A stretch of 64,000 nt of DNA, from assembly GCF_006345805.1 (NCBI RefSeq), contig NC_043014.1:54188001-54252000 (forward strand), read 5' to 3'. The first letter of the stretch is position 1, and every line of letters starts with the position of its first letter. Both the position numbers and the translations under genes were made by a program. The stretch comes from Octopus sinensis. Lineage: Eukaryota. Shown here piece after piece: positions 13,670 through 26,129 of the stretch. The notes under the pieces are model-generated. The model saw only the letters and a program-made list of their open reading frames with translations. It had not been told where the DNA came from and made no database searches.

Positions 13670-14065
13670 AAGAAGTCTGCTCCCCAGTTGCAGGGTTCCT
13701 GGTTCAGTCCCACTGCATGGCACCTTAGGCAAATGTCTTTTACTATAGTCCTGGGCCGACAAAACCTTTGAGTGAATTTGGTTGACAGAAACTGACAAAA
13801 GCCTGTCATGTGTGTGTGTGTGTGTGTGTTAAGTGTCTCCCTGTATTGACACCATGTAACAGCTGTAAACGAGTGTCACTGTCATACAAGCAGTGTCATT
13901 CATTTCCAATATTCTGTAAGAACAAGTCTGGCACTGGCAATGAGGAAATATTTACCTTGCTTGGAAGCATGTAAGGGTTGGCAACAGGAAGGGCATCCTG
14001 CCATAAAAAATATGCATTGGTAAAGTACAATCAAACCATGCAAGCATAGAGAAGTGGACATCGAA
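13670..14065 (+). mobile_element. SINE family D (family A head plus RTE-like 3' tail)
   Basis: The head is as in family A. A different body ends in ggcaacaggaagggcatcc...catgcaagcatagagaagtggac...gatgat. Relatives lie at about 8340-8650 (+), 10340-10740 (-), 38077-38465 (-) and 58430-58840 (-). Confidence 0.75.
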
Positions 14066-14623
14066 ACACTGATGATATATATATATATAACGTAAAGTAT
14101 AAAAGCCATCTCAATATGGCTAACCACAAAGTGGGGGTGTTACTGTAGCTTTTAGCCCCAAGAGATCGACGTCTCCAGCTGGCTTTAGACACACTTTCTG
14201 TACCCTTCAGGTATTTGCAAAGGGAAGCCATCCCTTCCTCGTAAGCCTTAGTGATACGCACCGCGCTCTGAGATTTAATAATGCTATATATATAAACTGG
14301 CCGAGTGTCCAAAGTTTATATATATATGTATATATTCACGTTAATACTGAGCAGTGAGAAGTGCTGAGCACCACATTGGTGGATTTTTTTTTCTTTTTCA
14401 TAGGATATCTGGACTCCCATTGCTTCCATTGAAGTCTGTCACAAGGTGTTTTATCCAAGATAGAGATGAACACCAGCATCCCATGTGACAGACATGAATA
14501 GCTGTTGAGAAATATCTCTCTCAACATGGAGGCAATGGTAGTCTGACTATCACACAAAGTATAGATACATTGCTAATATACGACATAAATATCAACCTAC
14601 TGGTGTGTGTGTGTGTGTGTGTA

Positions 14624-14826
14624 CAAGGTGGTGGTGAAAAGTTTCTGGCTTTGGGTAAAAGAAAATAGAGGAGGTTGAGTTGATTATGGTTTTATTCAAC
14701 ATAATCCCACACTTATTGCAGCAGTCCTTCAGTTTTTCTATGCTCTTTAAAAGAACTGAGAATATGGGCCTCCAACCAGGCCTTTTGCGATAGCCTTAAA
14801 GCCAGGAACTTTACAGCACCCCACTC
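14624..14826. mobile_element. Mariner-type MITE
   Basis: Imperfect terminal inverted repeats: ggtggtgaaaagtttctggcttt versus aaagccaggaactttacagcacc. Confidence 0.65.
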
Positions 14827-14850
14827 AAATATGTATCATATATATATATA

Positions 14851-15139
14851 CTAGCAGTATCACCCAGCGTTGCTCGGGTTTGTAAGGGAAATAACTATAT
14901 AAGCATTTTTAGAGAGTTATTTCCCTTATATAACCCGAGCAAAAATCATTAAAAATGCGGAAAAATGATGGTAAATTTTTTTAAAATCATAGACTCATCG
15001 TAGACGCGCGCTAATACCCAGATGGGCTCGATGTGAATGATGACTATAAGATACCTGGTTTTGGTTAAACTGCACCGCAAAATGTGGGAGTAGTTAGGAA
15101 TCTAAATCGGAGGAGACAGAGTCCCACACACACAACTTC

Positions 15140-15145
<6 letters not shown>
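14851..15145 (-). mobile_element. Second copy of the same Helitron family
   Basis: It has a CTAG|T end with hairpin acccg-agcaacgc-tgggt, and its body closely matches 36502-36898. The 5' end runs into (TA)n. Confidence 0.8.
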
Positions 15146-15185
<40 letters not shown>

Positions 15186-15511
15186 TAACACACATACGTG
15201 TATATATATATAATAACAGGCTGAAAAGAGAAATGAGATTTGGGACAAATTCAGGATGGCTTCTAGATGTTCGGTTTCTTTTGTCAACTCAGGTCATGTA
15301 GTGATATTGCTGTTGAAGTGACTGGGGTTCTTTTCTTTTGTTTCTTAGGCCCTCATGCTTGAATAGGATGTTGGCAGGTATCTGTCACCACTATGTCTGC
15401 AGGCTGTAGTATAGTGTAACCAGCAACACCTGTTCACTGCATTTCATACCACACTTGGTAAGGTGGGGCATTGTTGTGTTAGTAGCTCTGTGGCTTCTCA
15501 ATGGAGCTTAA

Positions 15512-15730
15512 CCCTTTACTGTTCACATTATTCTGCCCAAATTAATGCTTTTTTTATCCACATTGTTTTGAACTAATCAGGCATTAATCTTGGTGCTAGA
15601 TTTTGATGAGGTAGCTGTAATTTTTAAAACGATAGTGTAGGGTTGGTGTGAGAGACCAGATCTGGCTAGTTTGAACATAAAACAGGCAGAATACTTTTGG
15701 CCGGATATGGCCAGTTTAAATGCTAAAGGG
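15512..15730. mobile_element. piggyBac-type MITE, family G
   Basis: TTAA|CCCTTT...AAAGGG|TTAA, 219 bp, no coding capacity. Confidence 0.8.
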
Positions 15731-16139
15731 TTAAATACATTCACAGTAGTCTTTACGTAGGAGTAACCAGATTTGATGTTGCTAGGTTAAAGCTTGAGGC
15801 TGGATGGTCAGCATGAGTGGGGTTGTAGTCTATACAAGCAGCAAGGGTTAACTACCCTACCCTTGTATGTGGGGAAACCAGGTGCAGAGTGGTATATATG
15901 GACTGTCAGCTGCCAGCAGCTGGTAATTCCTTAAGCAGTGTTGACCAAGAGAAGCCTTCTTGAGTTTCCCTCAAAACCCATTGCTCTTTTCTTGATATCT
16001 AATAAGATGGGTTTGTTCTATGAACCCACAAAACTTTAAATCACATGGAGCTAAATCAAACTATCATTAAATAATATAGGTAACACCTATCAAATGTGTA
16101 GAGTGCCACTTTCTTTCAAATATCTATATATATCACCAT

Positions 16140-16395
16140 TGTCATCATCGTTTAACGTCCATTTTCCATGCTAGCATGGGTTGGACGGTTCAACTGGGGT
16201 CTGGGAAGCCAGAAGGCTGCGCCAGGCCCAGTCTGATCTGGCAGTGTTTCTACAGCTGGATGCCCTTCCTAACACCAACCACTCCGAGAGTGTAGTGGGT
16301 GCTTTTTACGTGCCAGTCAAGGGGTACTGGCATCGACCACGTTTGAATGGTGCTTTTTACATACCACTGACATGGGTGCCAGTCAGGCAGCAAAA
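16140..16395 (-). mobile_element. RTE 3' UTR fragment
   Basis: Near-identical to 141-400. Confidence 0.85.
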
Positions 16396-16542
16396 ATGAA
16401 TACAGGTGTATTAGTTTGATGCTTATGAAGGTGAGAAAGTCTTTTGTTTAGAGCCTACGCTCTTCAAAAGAAAGGAACACGAGGAAATAAACAGAGAGAG
16501 AAAAAAAAAATCTTGTGGATTTAGCTGCCAATCATACATCTA

Positions 16543-17781
16543 CAGGGTGCATAAGGTATTTGAGGATAGATTTATGTTTATAAAAAAGCAGCTATATAAT
16601 AACAGATAATAACTTTACTTATCAAAAACTGCTATAAGGATAAAAATAAACCTTCTTTTCTATAATGTTATTCAATAAAGCCATCTTCAGCTCCAACAAC
16701 TGCTTCTAAATGAGATCTAAATCATCTACATGCTCGAATCAAGTGGTCCTGGTTCATTTTGAACATTACTCTGACTATGGCAGCTTTCAAAGAATCTTTG
16801 GTGTTATGGGTATGTTCATTGACCTCTCTCTCGACAATGCTCCACATGTAATAGTCCAATGGATTGAGATCTGGGGAATTAGGAGGCCAAATGTTAGGCG
16901 TTATGTGATCACAAATATTTCCAGCCATCCATTCCTGTGTTACTAGAGCCATGTGTGATAGTGCAAAGTCTTACTGAAACACATACGGCCTTCCATTGCA
17001 TACACTGTCTATCCAGAGCTAAACAATTATTTCCAAGATCTCAATGTTAACTCTAAGACCTTGTGGAAAGAAGTAAGGAGGTATCACAGGTCCTTCATTG
17101 CTGACAACTCTAAAAACCTTGACAGTTGCAGGAAATTTTGTATGCATAACACTTGGAACTTCAAAAGGGTCTGCACATAACCATGTCATTATTTCTGTTA
17201 ACTTTTTGATCTTGGTCCAAGTTTTTCTCATTTGAGAACAACCAAATCAAATCTTTTTCTGCTGGATTTTTCAGTTTGTTTAAGAGCCTTTTAGATCTGA
17301 TGTAGTGATTTTCTTTTGCTTTTTCTGACAAAGTAACCTTTCCTCATCATATAAGACTTATATCTGATGTCTTTGTGGCCAACATTTCTGATTGTTCCTT
17401 CTGCCATGTGGAGATCTTTTGCAATTGACCTCATGGACTTTCTGGGATAGTAATCAATGGTCTGTTGAACTTGCTGGATAAATTCAGGTATATGCTCTGA
17501 TTTCAGAGCATATAGAATGCTTTTTATGTTTTGATACGTTTCCATCTTTAGTCTCTAACTCCTTACAAACTTTGAAGATGAAAGATCTGGTAATTTTTTT
17601 AAAAATCGAGATATTTCTAAATCGTTAGGCTCAACCATAACCACAATAACAGTATGTCTCTTCATTTCTTGAGTAAGCTGAGGGCCTACCATTATTATTT
17701 TCTGAAACAAAGATTACACAGAATGAGCAAAACATGCAGCAATGACCTGAAAAAGGTATATCCTCAAATACTTTATGCATC

Positions 17782-17784
<3 letters not shown>
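16543..17784 (-). mobile_element. Tc1/mariner element of the DD37D (maT) family, non-functional
   Basis: 26-bp TIRs (16543-16568 and 17759-17784, 2 mismatches) are each flanked by TA. Transposase fragments include an HTH (KSMRSIAKDL), FSNEK, YVFQ*DFALSH and WPPNSPDLNPLDY, with 37 residues between the 2nd and 3rd Asp. Frameshifts and a stop are present. Confidence 0.92.
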
Positions 17785-17811
<27 letters not shown>

Positions 17812-17818
<7 letters not shown>

Positions 17819-18163
17819 GCATCCTTTTTGTCTCGGGAGACAATGGAGTTGCGCATAAAGTAGTCTAGTCCGGCTTTTACATTTCATGTCCTGATACATT
17901 TCCTGCTGTGGCTGTGTAGTCCTATCCTGGACAAACACTCCCTCTGGCAGGTACCGCAAATGTAGCGAAGACTGTTCCTGGCTGGTTGTAATGCCATAGT
18001 TTCTTGTTGACGTCTCTTCTTTTCTTTCCATTTCTCCTCTCTCTGTCACTCCTTTGTATTCCCTTTTACGGTACGTCGCCATTCTCCACGGTTGCCGGCA
18101 ACTGCCTCCCAACCACTAATATTGATGTTGCAGGCCTTCATGTCCCTTTTGCAAACATCCTTG
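17812..18163 (-). mobile_element. 5'-truncated RTE LINE of a second family
   Basis: The minus frame KDVCKRDMKACNINISGWEAVAGNRGEWRRTVK matches the RTE ORF2 C-terminal pattern (KDxxKRDLKA...W...A..R..WR). Confidence 0.75.
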
Positions 18164-18329
18164 TATATACATATATATATATATATATATGTGTGTATAT
18201 ACACACACACACACACGTGTGTGTTCATTGACCTCTCTCTCAACAATTCTCCACATGTAATAGCCCAGTGTGTGTGTAGTATGTTGGTGTGAAGTAACAT
18301 CATATCTGTCATAGAAAATATGGCTCTTA

Positions 18330-18530
18330 GTTCCCTATTCCAAGGAAGAGAGAATGCCTTTGATAATAGAGGTCTTCTTGAAATGAGCAGTCCAGGTGTA
18401 ACTCTTACCCAGCCTTACATTAACCACTCTATCCAGTCCTTATTCTTCAGAATGTTATCCCTCTGGAACTCCCTCCTCGTTGCAGTTTCAGAACATCAAT
18501 CAAGCATATTCGTCTCACTGACCTTGTGAA
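18330..18530 (+). mobile_element. Decayed LINE ORF2 C-terminal fragment (CR1/L2/Jockey-like)
   Basis: NHSIQSLFFRMLSLWNSLL resembles the conserved SFFxRxxxLWNSLP terminus. Confidence 0.45.
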
Positions 18531-18856
18531 GGCCTTGGCAAAGCCCCTTCTTCAAGATTGAACCAGTTAATAAACCAAAAGTCTTTATCTCTATTTACTT
18601 TTTAATTGTTGTTCAATGTTGTTTTCTTCCAAAAGTTTCTCGGCACAATCAATATCCTAACATCTGTTTCGAATGCATCATGATGTGGCTTCTAGTCTTT
18701 TTAAAAAGACACTGGGTTTTATTTTTGCATGTGTTTGTGGTTTTGCTCCAGCATGGCCAGTTTTCACTATGTAAAAAAATAAAAAACAATATTTTCCTCC
18801 TTAGTTGATTACTTTGTCCTTCCTGATATTTGTGTCTTTCTTTTTCGTCTTTCTAG

Positions 18857-19641
18857 GTATCTACACAGCCACCATGTCAAATGTATCTAATGAGTTTATG
18901 ACTGGGGTCACTCCAGCTCGATGGACCTTTGGCATCTGGGGAGTAATCTACTTCTGGATGGCTGCCTGGATCATCTACTGCCATGCTGCTATCTTCATTA
19001 AATGGGATGGTGATTACTTGTATAAACATGATGTATTTGCACCTAGCATCTTTTTCATCCTTTACAGCATCAACTTGATCCTCAATTTCACTTGGCTCAT
19101 TCTCTTTGACAGAAAGCAAATTGTTGCTGCTCTCTTTGTTCTCCTTGCATTGGCAATAACTGCCGTTGCATGCCTATGCATAGCTATGTACGCGTTCAAG
19201 AAGGGAATGCAAAACATAGCCCGAGAGGAATTCAAGCTTCACTTCTGGCTCATCCAACTCCTAATGTTCAACGGCATTGCCTGTTATGCTACATGGTTGA
19301 CCGTAGCCACAAACCTGAATCTCAATATAGCTCTGACTTATGCATGGGGCTTTAATGGAGATACAGTTATCCTTATCATCCTGCTTTTTATTGGTGCAGC
19401 AATTATTTCAGCAGACATGATTATCTTTGAGAAACATACTATTTACGTCATCACACCTTATATAGTACTGGTGGTTGCCCTCTATGGCGTTGTTGATGAA
19501 CATGTTGATATAGAGGACTTGTCTCGTATTGGTATATTCATGATAGTTGTACTGGCCCTCTTCTGTGGTGGTCTTCTATATAAAATTGTTTCAACAATTT
19601 GGAATCACTTCCGATGTCGACGGCCTGCAGCACTAATCTAG
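18857..19641 (+). CDS. G2: terminal coding exon, same family
   Basis: A long pyrimidine tract and ttctag|GT ATC TAC give a phase-1 acceptor. The frame GIYTATMSNVS...TPARWTFGIWGVIYFW...NGIACYATW...KIVSTIWNH is open to TAG. It is 3 codons shorter than G1. The ORF-track start at 18805 is intronic. Confidence 0.9.
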
Positions 19642-20729
19642 AACAGCTTCCTCAAGTCTTTGTCTCTCACCCATTTCTTTGCTTGCACTATTTTTAATTC
19701 TATAAAAACTCCTGGTAACCAAGATGGTATTTTATTCGGGCTTTCTCCGCCATTCTTAGCTTCTTCTGTCTCTTTCTCAATGGTATCATTTCCCATCAGT
19801 AAAGCTTTGTCATTTTAATCTCATCAAAAACATACATACAAAAAAATTTTATTTTTTTAATGAGTAATTACTATATTTAGTGGCATACACTTACTTCCAA
19901 AGAAATATTGTCTCAAAGTATCATCCAGGGTCTACATGCTTTAATACACTAAATGCTTTTTTTTCTGACCATGTGCTGTCAAAATTGGGAGTGCATTTAA
20001 GATGGTCAAGTGTCTTTTATGCCAACAAATACATTACCTTATTATTGCTTTTATTTCGGAGTTTTGGGAGTATTTTTGGGTTTTTTGGTTTCAACTAGAA
20101 AGACAAGTTGCTTAATTTCTTCGATTATGGAATATTAAGTGCAAATTGTTAAAATTTATAGATTTGCACTTTGTATTTTCTGAAAGCTTGCAACTTTCAC
20201 ATCATTCTTCATTTGTTGCTTCAATCAATTTCACAATCTTCTTAATTACCTGTCCTTCACCTTGACATAATAATGGCTTCGCTCTCTTTAACTCAATTGT
20301 CTCAATTCTGACACAAATTACATACACTAAATTACTGAAATGTCTTTAACTCAAGTTAAAAGTGTGTGTAGATGTGTGTGTGTGTGTGTGTGTGTGTGTG
20401 AAGGCATGTGGCCTACTAATTAGGGAATTGCACTCACGAAAGCTAGATTGTGGGTTCAATTCCTGGACTAGGTGGTACATTGTGTTTTTGAACAAGCAAT
20501 TCATTTCATGTTTCTCTAGTTCACTCAGGTGCAAATGAGTCACCCTGCAATGGGCTAGCCTCCTAATCAGGGGGAATGTTGCCCTGTTTGCTTAGCTAGT
20601 GGGGTAGCAATGAATTGATTGCATCGCAATCCTTAACATTTACGTATTAACTTTGTTGGGTGCTTTACTAGCAGTATATTGGATATATGTTATCCCATGG
20701 AGGGTTGCATTTACAACCCTATCTCAATT

Positions 20730-20765
<36 letters not shown>

Positions 20766-22668
20766 GTGTGTTTTTATGTCAAGAGATATATAAAAACCAT
20801 TTAACAGTAAACTGAAGAATTGTTTAATATTTTATAATTGAGTAAATGTTTGTTAAATTTTTACAAAGAAGAGGTTAACAGTAACTTTGAAGTTTTGGTT
20901 TGTTCACCTCTGTCAGACTGTCTGACAAAGGTGAGGAAACCAAAACTTCATAGTTACTGTTAACCTTTCCCTGGTAAAAGTTATACACACACACACATAA
21001 ATATTGAGTCATTGTTGAGCAATTGATGTTTTCATTATAGGTCTGTTTAATCAGGGTTGACTTGGTGCTATACACGACATTTCTATCTCATCCATCATCT
21101 GGCTTTCCTCTCTCATCATAATGTCCATTTAAAGCCAGTGAAAGAGGGAACCACCATTCTGCAAATTGTTCTGGTTTTATCTGAGATTATTCTAACTCTT
21201 AACATTGTTATCGTTGGGCTTGTGCTGTCCAAATCTCACCATGCTTGATTTTGTTTTTCAACTTGCCAGGGTCAATAAAATAAATACCTGTCTGTCATGT
21301 ACTGATTTCAGTTTAGCCAACCATGCCCTTCCCTTACAAATTTGTATAATTGTATTCCTACAATTATTATTAGCAGCTTTTATTTTTCTAAAGTCAGTTT
21401 TTCTCATAACTTTTCCTTTTCTCTCAAAGTCATCTATTTTTAATGTATTGATCTTTTCTAAATTACTCAAAGCTGAAGAGAATTCCTTTTAATCCTTTCC
21501 AATATGATTCTCAAACAATAAAGATGGAACACGGAACTAGAAATCGGGAAATTCTTTAACCCATTTTGGACCATATTCCTAAAAAACAAAAAAGACGCTG
21601 TCCAATTTGTTTTTGAGCTAAATTTAAAAGCAATTAATTAAACAAAATTACGATATTTGCTGGTATATAAGACACACTCTCATGTAAGATGCATCTCTAT
21701 TTTACAAATATATTTTGCAGAGAAAAACACATGTTTCATCACAAGCTTATTTGAAGACATTTTTAGATTTTGTGGGCAGGGTGGGGCAATGCATGATTCT
21801 GTGCAAGTAGATACAATACGGTGGCAGTATACAGGAATAAAGTTTGGAACTATAAATAAACTGTTATATAAGTATTGTATTTCAAATTTATCTCGCTTTA
21901 GTTCGTGTGTATATTTGTTCAAAAAACTGATTGTGATGTTTTGTGTTACAACAATCTGCCACCAGGGTGCTGAACCACTGCTATGATTCTGGTGTCATCC
22001 ACTCATTGCAAAATCCTGATGGGCGCATGAAAGGTTAACGAAACACTCCTTTCATCTTTCTTGGGGAATTTCCACTTAAATGGTAACAAAAAGAAACATT
22101 CTTCAATGTAACGCAGTCCTTAAATAATACAAGACATATATCAGGTGTGGGTTATGCATGCAGGGGGAAGGATGTATGAGTTGATGTAACCACTTCACAG
22201 GGGCAGTTTTTTTTTAATAAGTTTAGAAATAAAAAAAAAAAACATTTCTTATACACTGGCAAATACCAAAACATTTGTTTATCAAGTTGGTTTTTGGAAC
22301 ATAACATAATGGGGGAGAAAGTTCTGATGTAAAATTGTTAGAATATAAATATTTAAATTAAACGGCCCCGAATTACAGGACACTTAATTGAAACTCCTCA
22401 GAGCTAGTAACATTCTTTCAAAAACCTGAAGGTAGTGTCAGACAGGACTGACTCCATTTATTTCATTATAGAAATCTTGGCTATTTTGTTCTGTTATCCT
22501 CTCTTGTTTTTTTTCATATCTTTTTATATTCTTTTAAAGTTGTAACTTTAAATATATTTTTATATTTTCTATGTATTTTATAAATCCTCATGTTGACTGT
22601 TCTGTAACTACATGTGTATGTGAACCTGCACTAGTTTATATACCTACTATCTACTTACATATATATAT

Positions 22669-22808
22669 TTTATTTAAAGCAGCAGAAAATTCTACAAAAC
22701 CTGTTACTCTGAGTTTCCCGTTGCCGTTCTAACAAAAACTGTCCGATGAACGGGAACAGAAAACTCAGAGTAACAGGTTTTGTTGAATTTTCTGCTGCTT
22801 TAAATAAA
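22669..22808. repeat. 48-bp inverted repeat (47/48), Penelope-like terminus with a hammerhead-like motif
   Basis: The arms at 22669-22716 and 22761-22808 are reverse complements with one mismatch. An inner cccgtt/aacggg pair is also present. Confidence 0.85.
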
Positions 22809-22876
22809 GCATATTACTCTACCACTGGTATTTGAGTGCTCTTTTTTCCACCTTGTTTCGCACTTATGTGTTTACT

Positions 22877-22929
<53 letters not shown>

Positions 22930-23346
22930 TACTAATATAGGATGAAGTTTTTTACAGAAAAAATTTCATCAAAAAGTGGCAGCATATTAAAATACCTTTT
23001 AAAGGTTAAAATTATAAACAACTTATAAACAAGGGCAAAAGAAAATTATTTTTATGCCAATATGCTGGTAACAGACTTTTAAATCGTCAATTTCCACATA
23101 TTATTATATACCTACTACAGAAATATGTTGTACTGAAATCAGGAAGCTAGTCAACAGAATTTTAAAAAAAAAGTTCGTTATTTCTTTATTTGAATTCATT
23201 TCGGAATTGATCTCATAGATTTTTTCCTCTTCAGTAGAAAATACAATAAGAAATAAATGAAATACTTACATGCGCCCATGGAAAAAACCAATGTTATCAG
23301 CATATTGGCATAGAAATAAATTTTCTTTTGCCCTTTTTTATAAGTT

Positions 23347-23387
<41 letters not shown>

Positions 23388-24044
23388 ATTATATTTGTGT
23401 ATATGTGTATATTAATTTATCATATTTACTTCTGTGTACCTGACTCCGCCCTCTCTCTCTCTCTCTCTCTATTTTATATGTGGATGTTTCTTAATATCCA
23501 TTACACGGTAATGTAAGATTAAGACGTATGCTTTATTAATTCAGTTTTATTTCATCACCAAAATATCCATGTTGCCTTAAACCAATCTAAATGGACATAT
23601 AAAATTCATATAGTTTATTTCTTCTTGTGGCTGCTATCAATACAATTATTTATTTATTTATAATTATTAACCATGACATAACTGAAATCTCTCGCATTTT
23701 ACTCTGACAGAGAACCCACTCCAGCACATACATCACACCACTTTTACATATTTTGGACAACTTATAAAAATAACCTCCACTTTTTTTTCTTCCTTTATTT
23801 GGCTTTTTGTGCCTTGGGTTTTGTCTTACTAAATTCTTTGTATCTGTTCCCTTTTTTTTTTCTACTTGGTAACATTATGCCTTCTGCAATCAGGCATCAA
23901 ATACCACAACCTTAAAACTTCTCTATTTTGTCAGAAGAATAACCAAGACAATTGCAATCTCATCTCAAACATAAGAGACTGGAATATAAAGGCTTGAAAA
24001 AGTATTTGACTTTGCATTTATAAACTCTATTTGTGCATTCGTAT

Positions 24045-24190
24045 GTATGTACACACATATCTACATGTGTGTATGTATACACACACACACACACTCACAT
24101 GTACACACATATCTACATGTGTATATATACACACACTCACATGTACACACATATCTACATGCGTGTATGTATACACATACACACACACTG
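24045..24190. repeat. Compound minisatellite (tgtacacacatatctacatg...)x3
   Basis: Three tandem ~40-50-bp units built from CA/TA dinucleotides. Confidence 0.85.
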
Positions 24191-24782
24191 GCCCCTGTCA
24201 AACTGTCCAATCCATGCCAGCATAGAAAATGGATATTAATTGATCACACACACACACACACACACACGACAACAGAACAGACTGCATATTTGATTATCTT
24301 TATTCTTGGGGGTTTTTTTCTTGAAAATAATATAGAATACGTTATTATTCTCAAAAGAAAAAAAAAATTACTTTCTACGGCAGCATCTGATAGAGACTTT
24401 GTGCTAATACAATAAAACGTCTCTGATCTTTTATTCCAAAGAAACAACCATCAACTTAGGTATATACAGCTAGACATCTCTGTTATCTCAAGCACTGCTG
24501 TCAGGTATAAAGGGAGGGAAAGACACCACAAGGCATTTTGCTCAATCTTCTAACAATGGAATATGGATAGAGTTGCCATGTAAATGACATGAAATATTTG
24601 CAGCACAGTTGCAAAAGTGTTGTAAAAACTAAATTTAAATTGATTTTTTTCTTTCTCATAAAGGTAGTCAATTATGTCTCCCATGCTGTGAGGTGTGTGT
24701 GAGCACATACACACACACATATGTATACATACATACCATCCAAAAACAGCCGTTTAAAGGGATGATGATGATGTGTGTGTAT

Positions 24783-24818
<36 letters not shown>

Positions 24819-26129
24819 GGCGGTGCCTCAGCATGGCCACAGCTCATGAGCTGAAACTAGAATCAATCAATCATATATATATATATATATATATATGTAT
24901 GAATGTGTATATATATGTATGAATGTGTATATATATGTATGAATGTGTATATATATGTATGCATGTGTATATATATATGTATATATATATATATATATAT
25001 ATACACATACACACACACATCCAGTTTACCTTCTCCATTTTCTTTTTCCATTTCTTTCTCCTCTTGTCTATCCTTCCCTCTTTTCAGAAGAAGAGTGAAT
25101 ACTCAAAACATAAAAGACATGCTCTTCTTTTTTTGCCAGTTCTTTATTGTCAACCTCTTTTTTGTCCCCTTTTTTTTTTTAACTCTATTGTATTTTTTGC
25201 ACCATACACACACACACACAAGCTTTTTGTATAACTACAAACCTATATTTGTATTTCTAATTTGGTTTGGCAATAAATATTCTGATGCACAGACGATGAT
25301 ATTGTATTTGTTTTTTCACTTTGATACCCCTGTGGCAAATAAAAGAAAATTGTTTTATTACTTTTACTCATTCATTCAAATTTTTATATTCTGAACTCAT
25401 TTCCTCCCGAGGTTGACTTTGCCTTTCATTCTTTCAGGGTCAATAAAATAAGTACCAGTTATGCACTGGTGGTTGATGCAATCGACTTACCACTCCCTCT
25501 AAACTTGCTGGCCTTTGGAACAATTATTATTATTATTATTATTATCAACGTGGTGAGGTAGTAGAACCGTTAGCACATCAGGCCAAATGCTTAGCAGCAT
25601 TTTGTCCATCTTTACATTCTGAGGTCAAATTCCGTCAAGGTTGACTCTGCCTTTCATCTTTTCGATGTCAACGGAATCAATTTACCTCCTCCCTCAAAAT
25701 TTCAGGCCTTCTGCCTATAGTAGAAAAAATTACTATTATCATTATTATTATTCGTGATCTGAGTAATACATGAAGAGATTTTTTTCCTGACCCAGGAACC
25801 TAGGTACATCTTGGAGCATGAATATGCAGAGAAGAGTCCAAGGTTAACAAAGGAGTTCATGAGTAAAGAAAATGTCCAAGGGTATCACAGCATGTCCAAC
25901 ATTAACAAATATTCTGTGTTATAAAGCCCTAACAATGTTTACAGATCTTCGTACTGCTGTTTTCAGGAACATGCCTACGCCCACCTTAGAGGGAATTTAT
26001 CAATGCCCTTACAGAAATAGTTATGTATCACTCCAGTTTAACTAATTACCTATATGCTCATTAGACGCAAATTAACAGCTAGGTTGGGGTCATTGAGCTT
26101 CTTTCAACTCCCATAATCACTTTTATATT

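Noticed and set aside
20610-20740. Hydrophobic frame AILNIYVLTLLGALLAVYW
   Set aside because: It has no ATG or donor and runs into (TA)n.
21057-21248. Hydrophobic ORF ILQIVLVLSEIILTLNIVIVGL as the first exon of G3
   Set aside because: There is no suitable donor, and its 3' part overlaps a SINE B tail motif.
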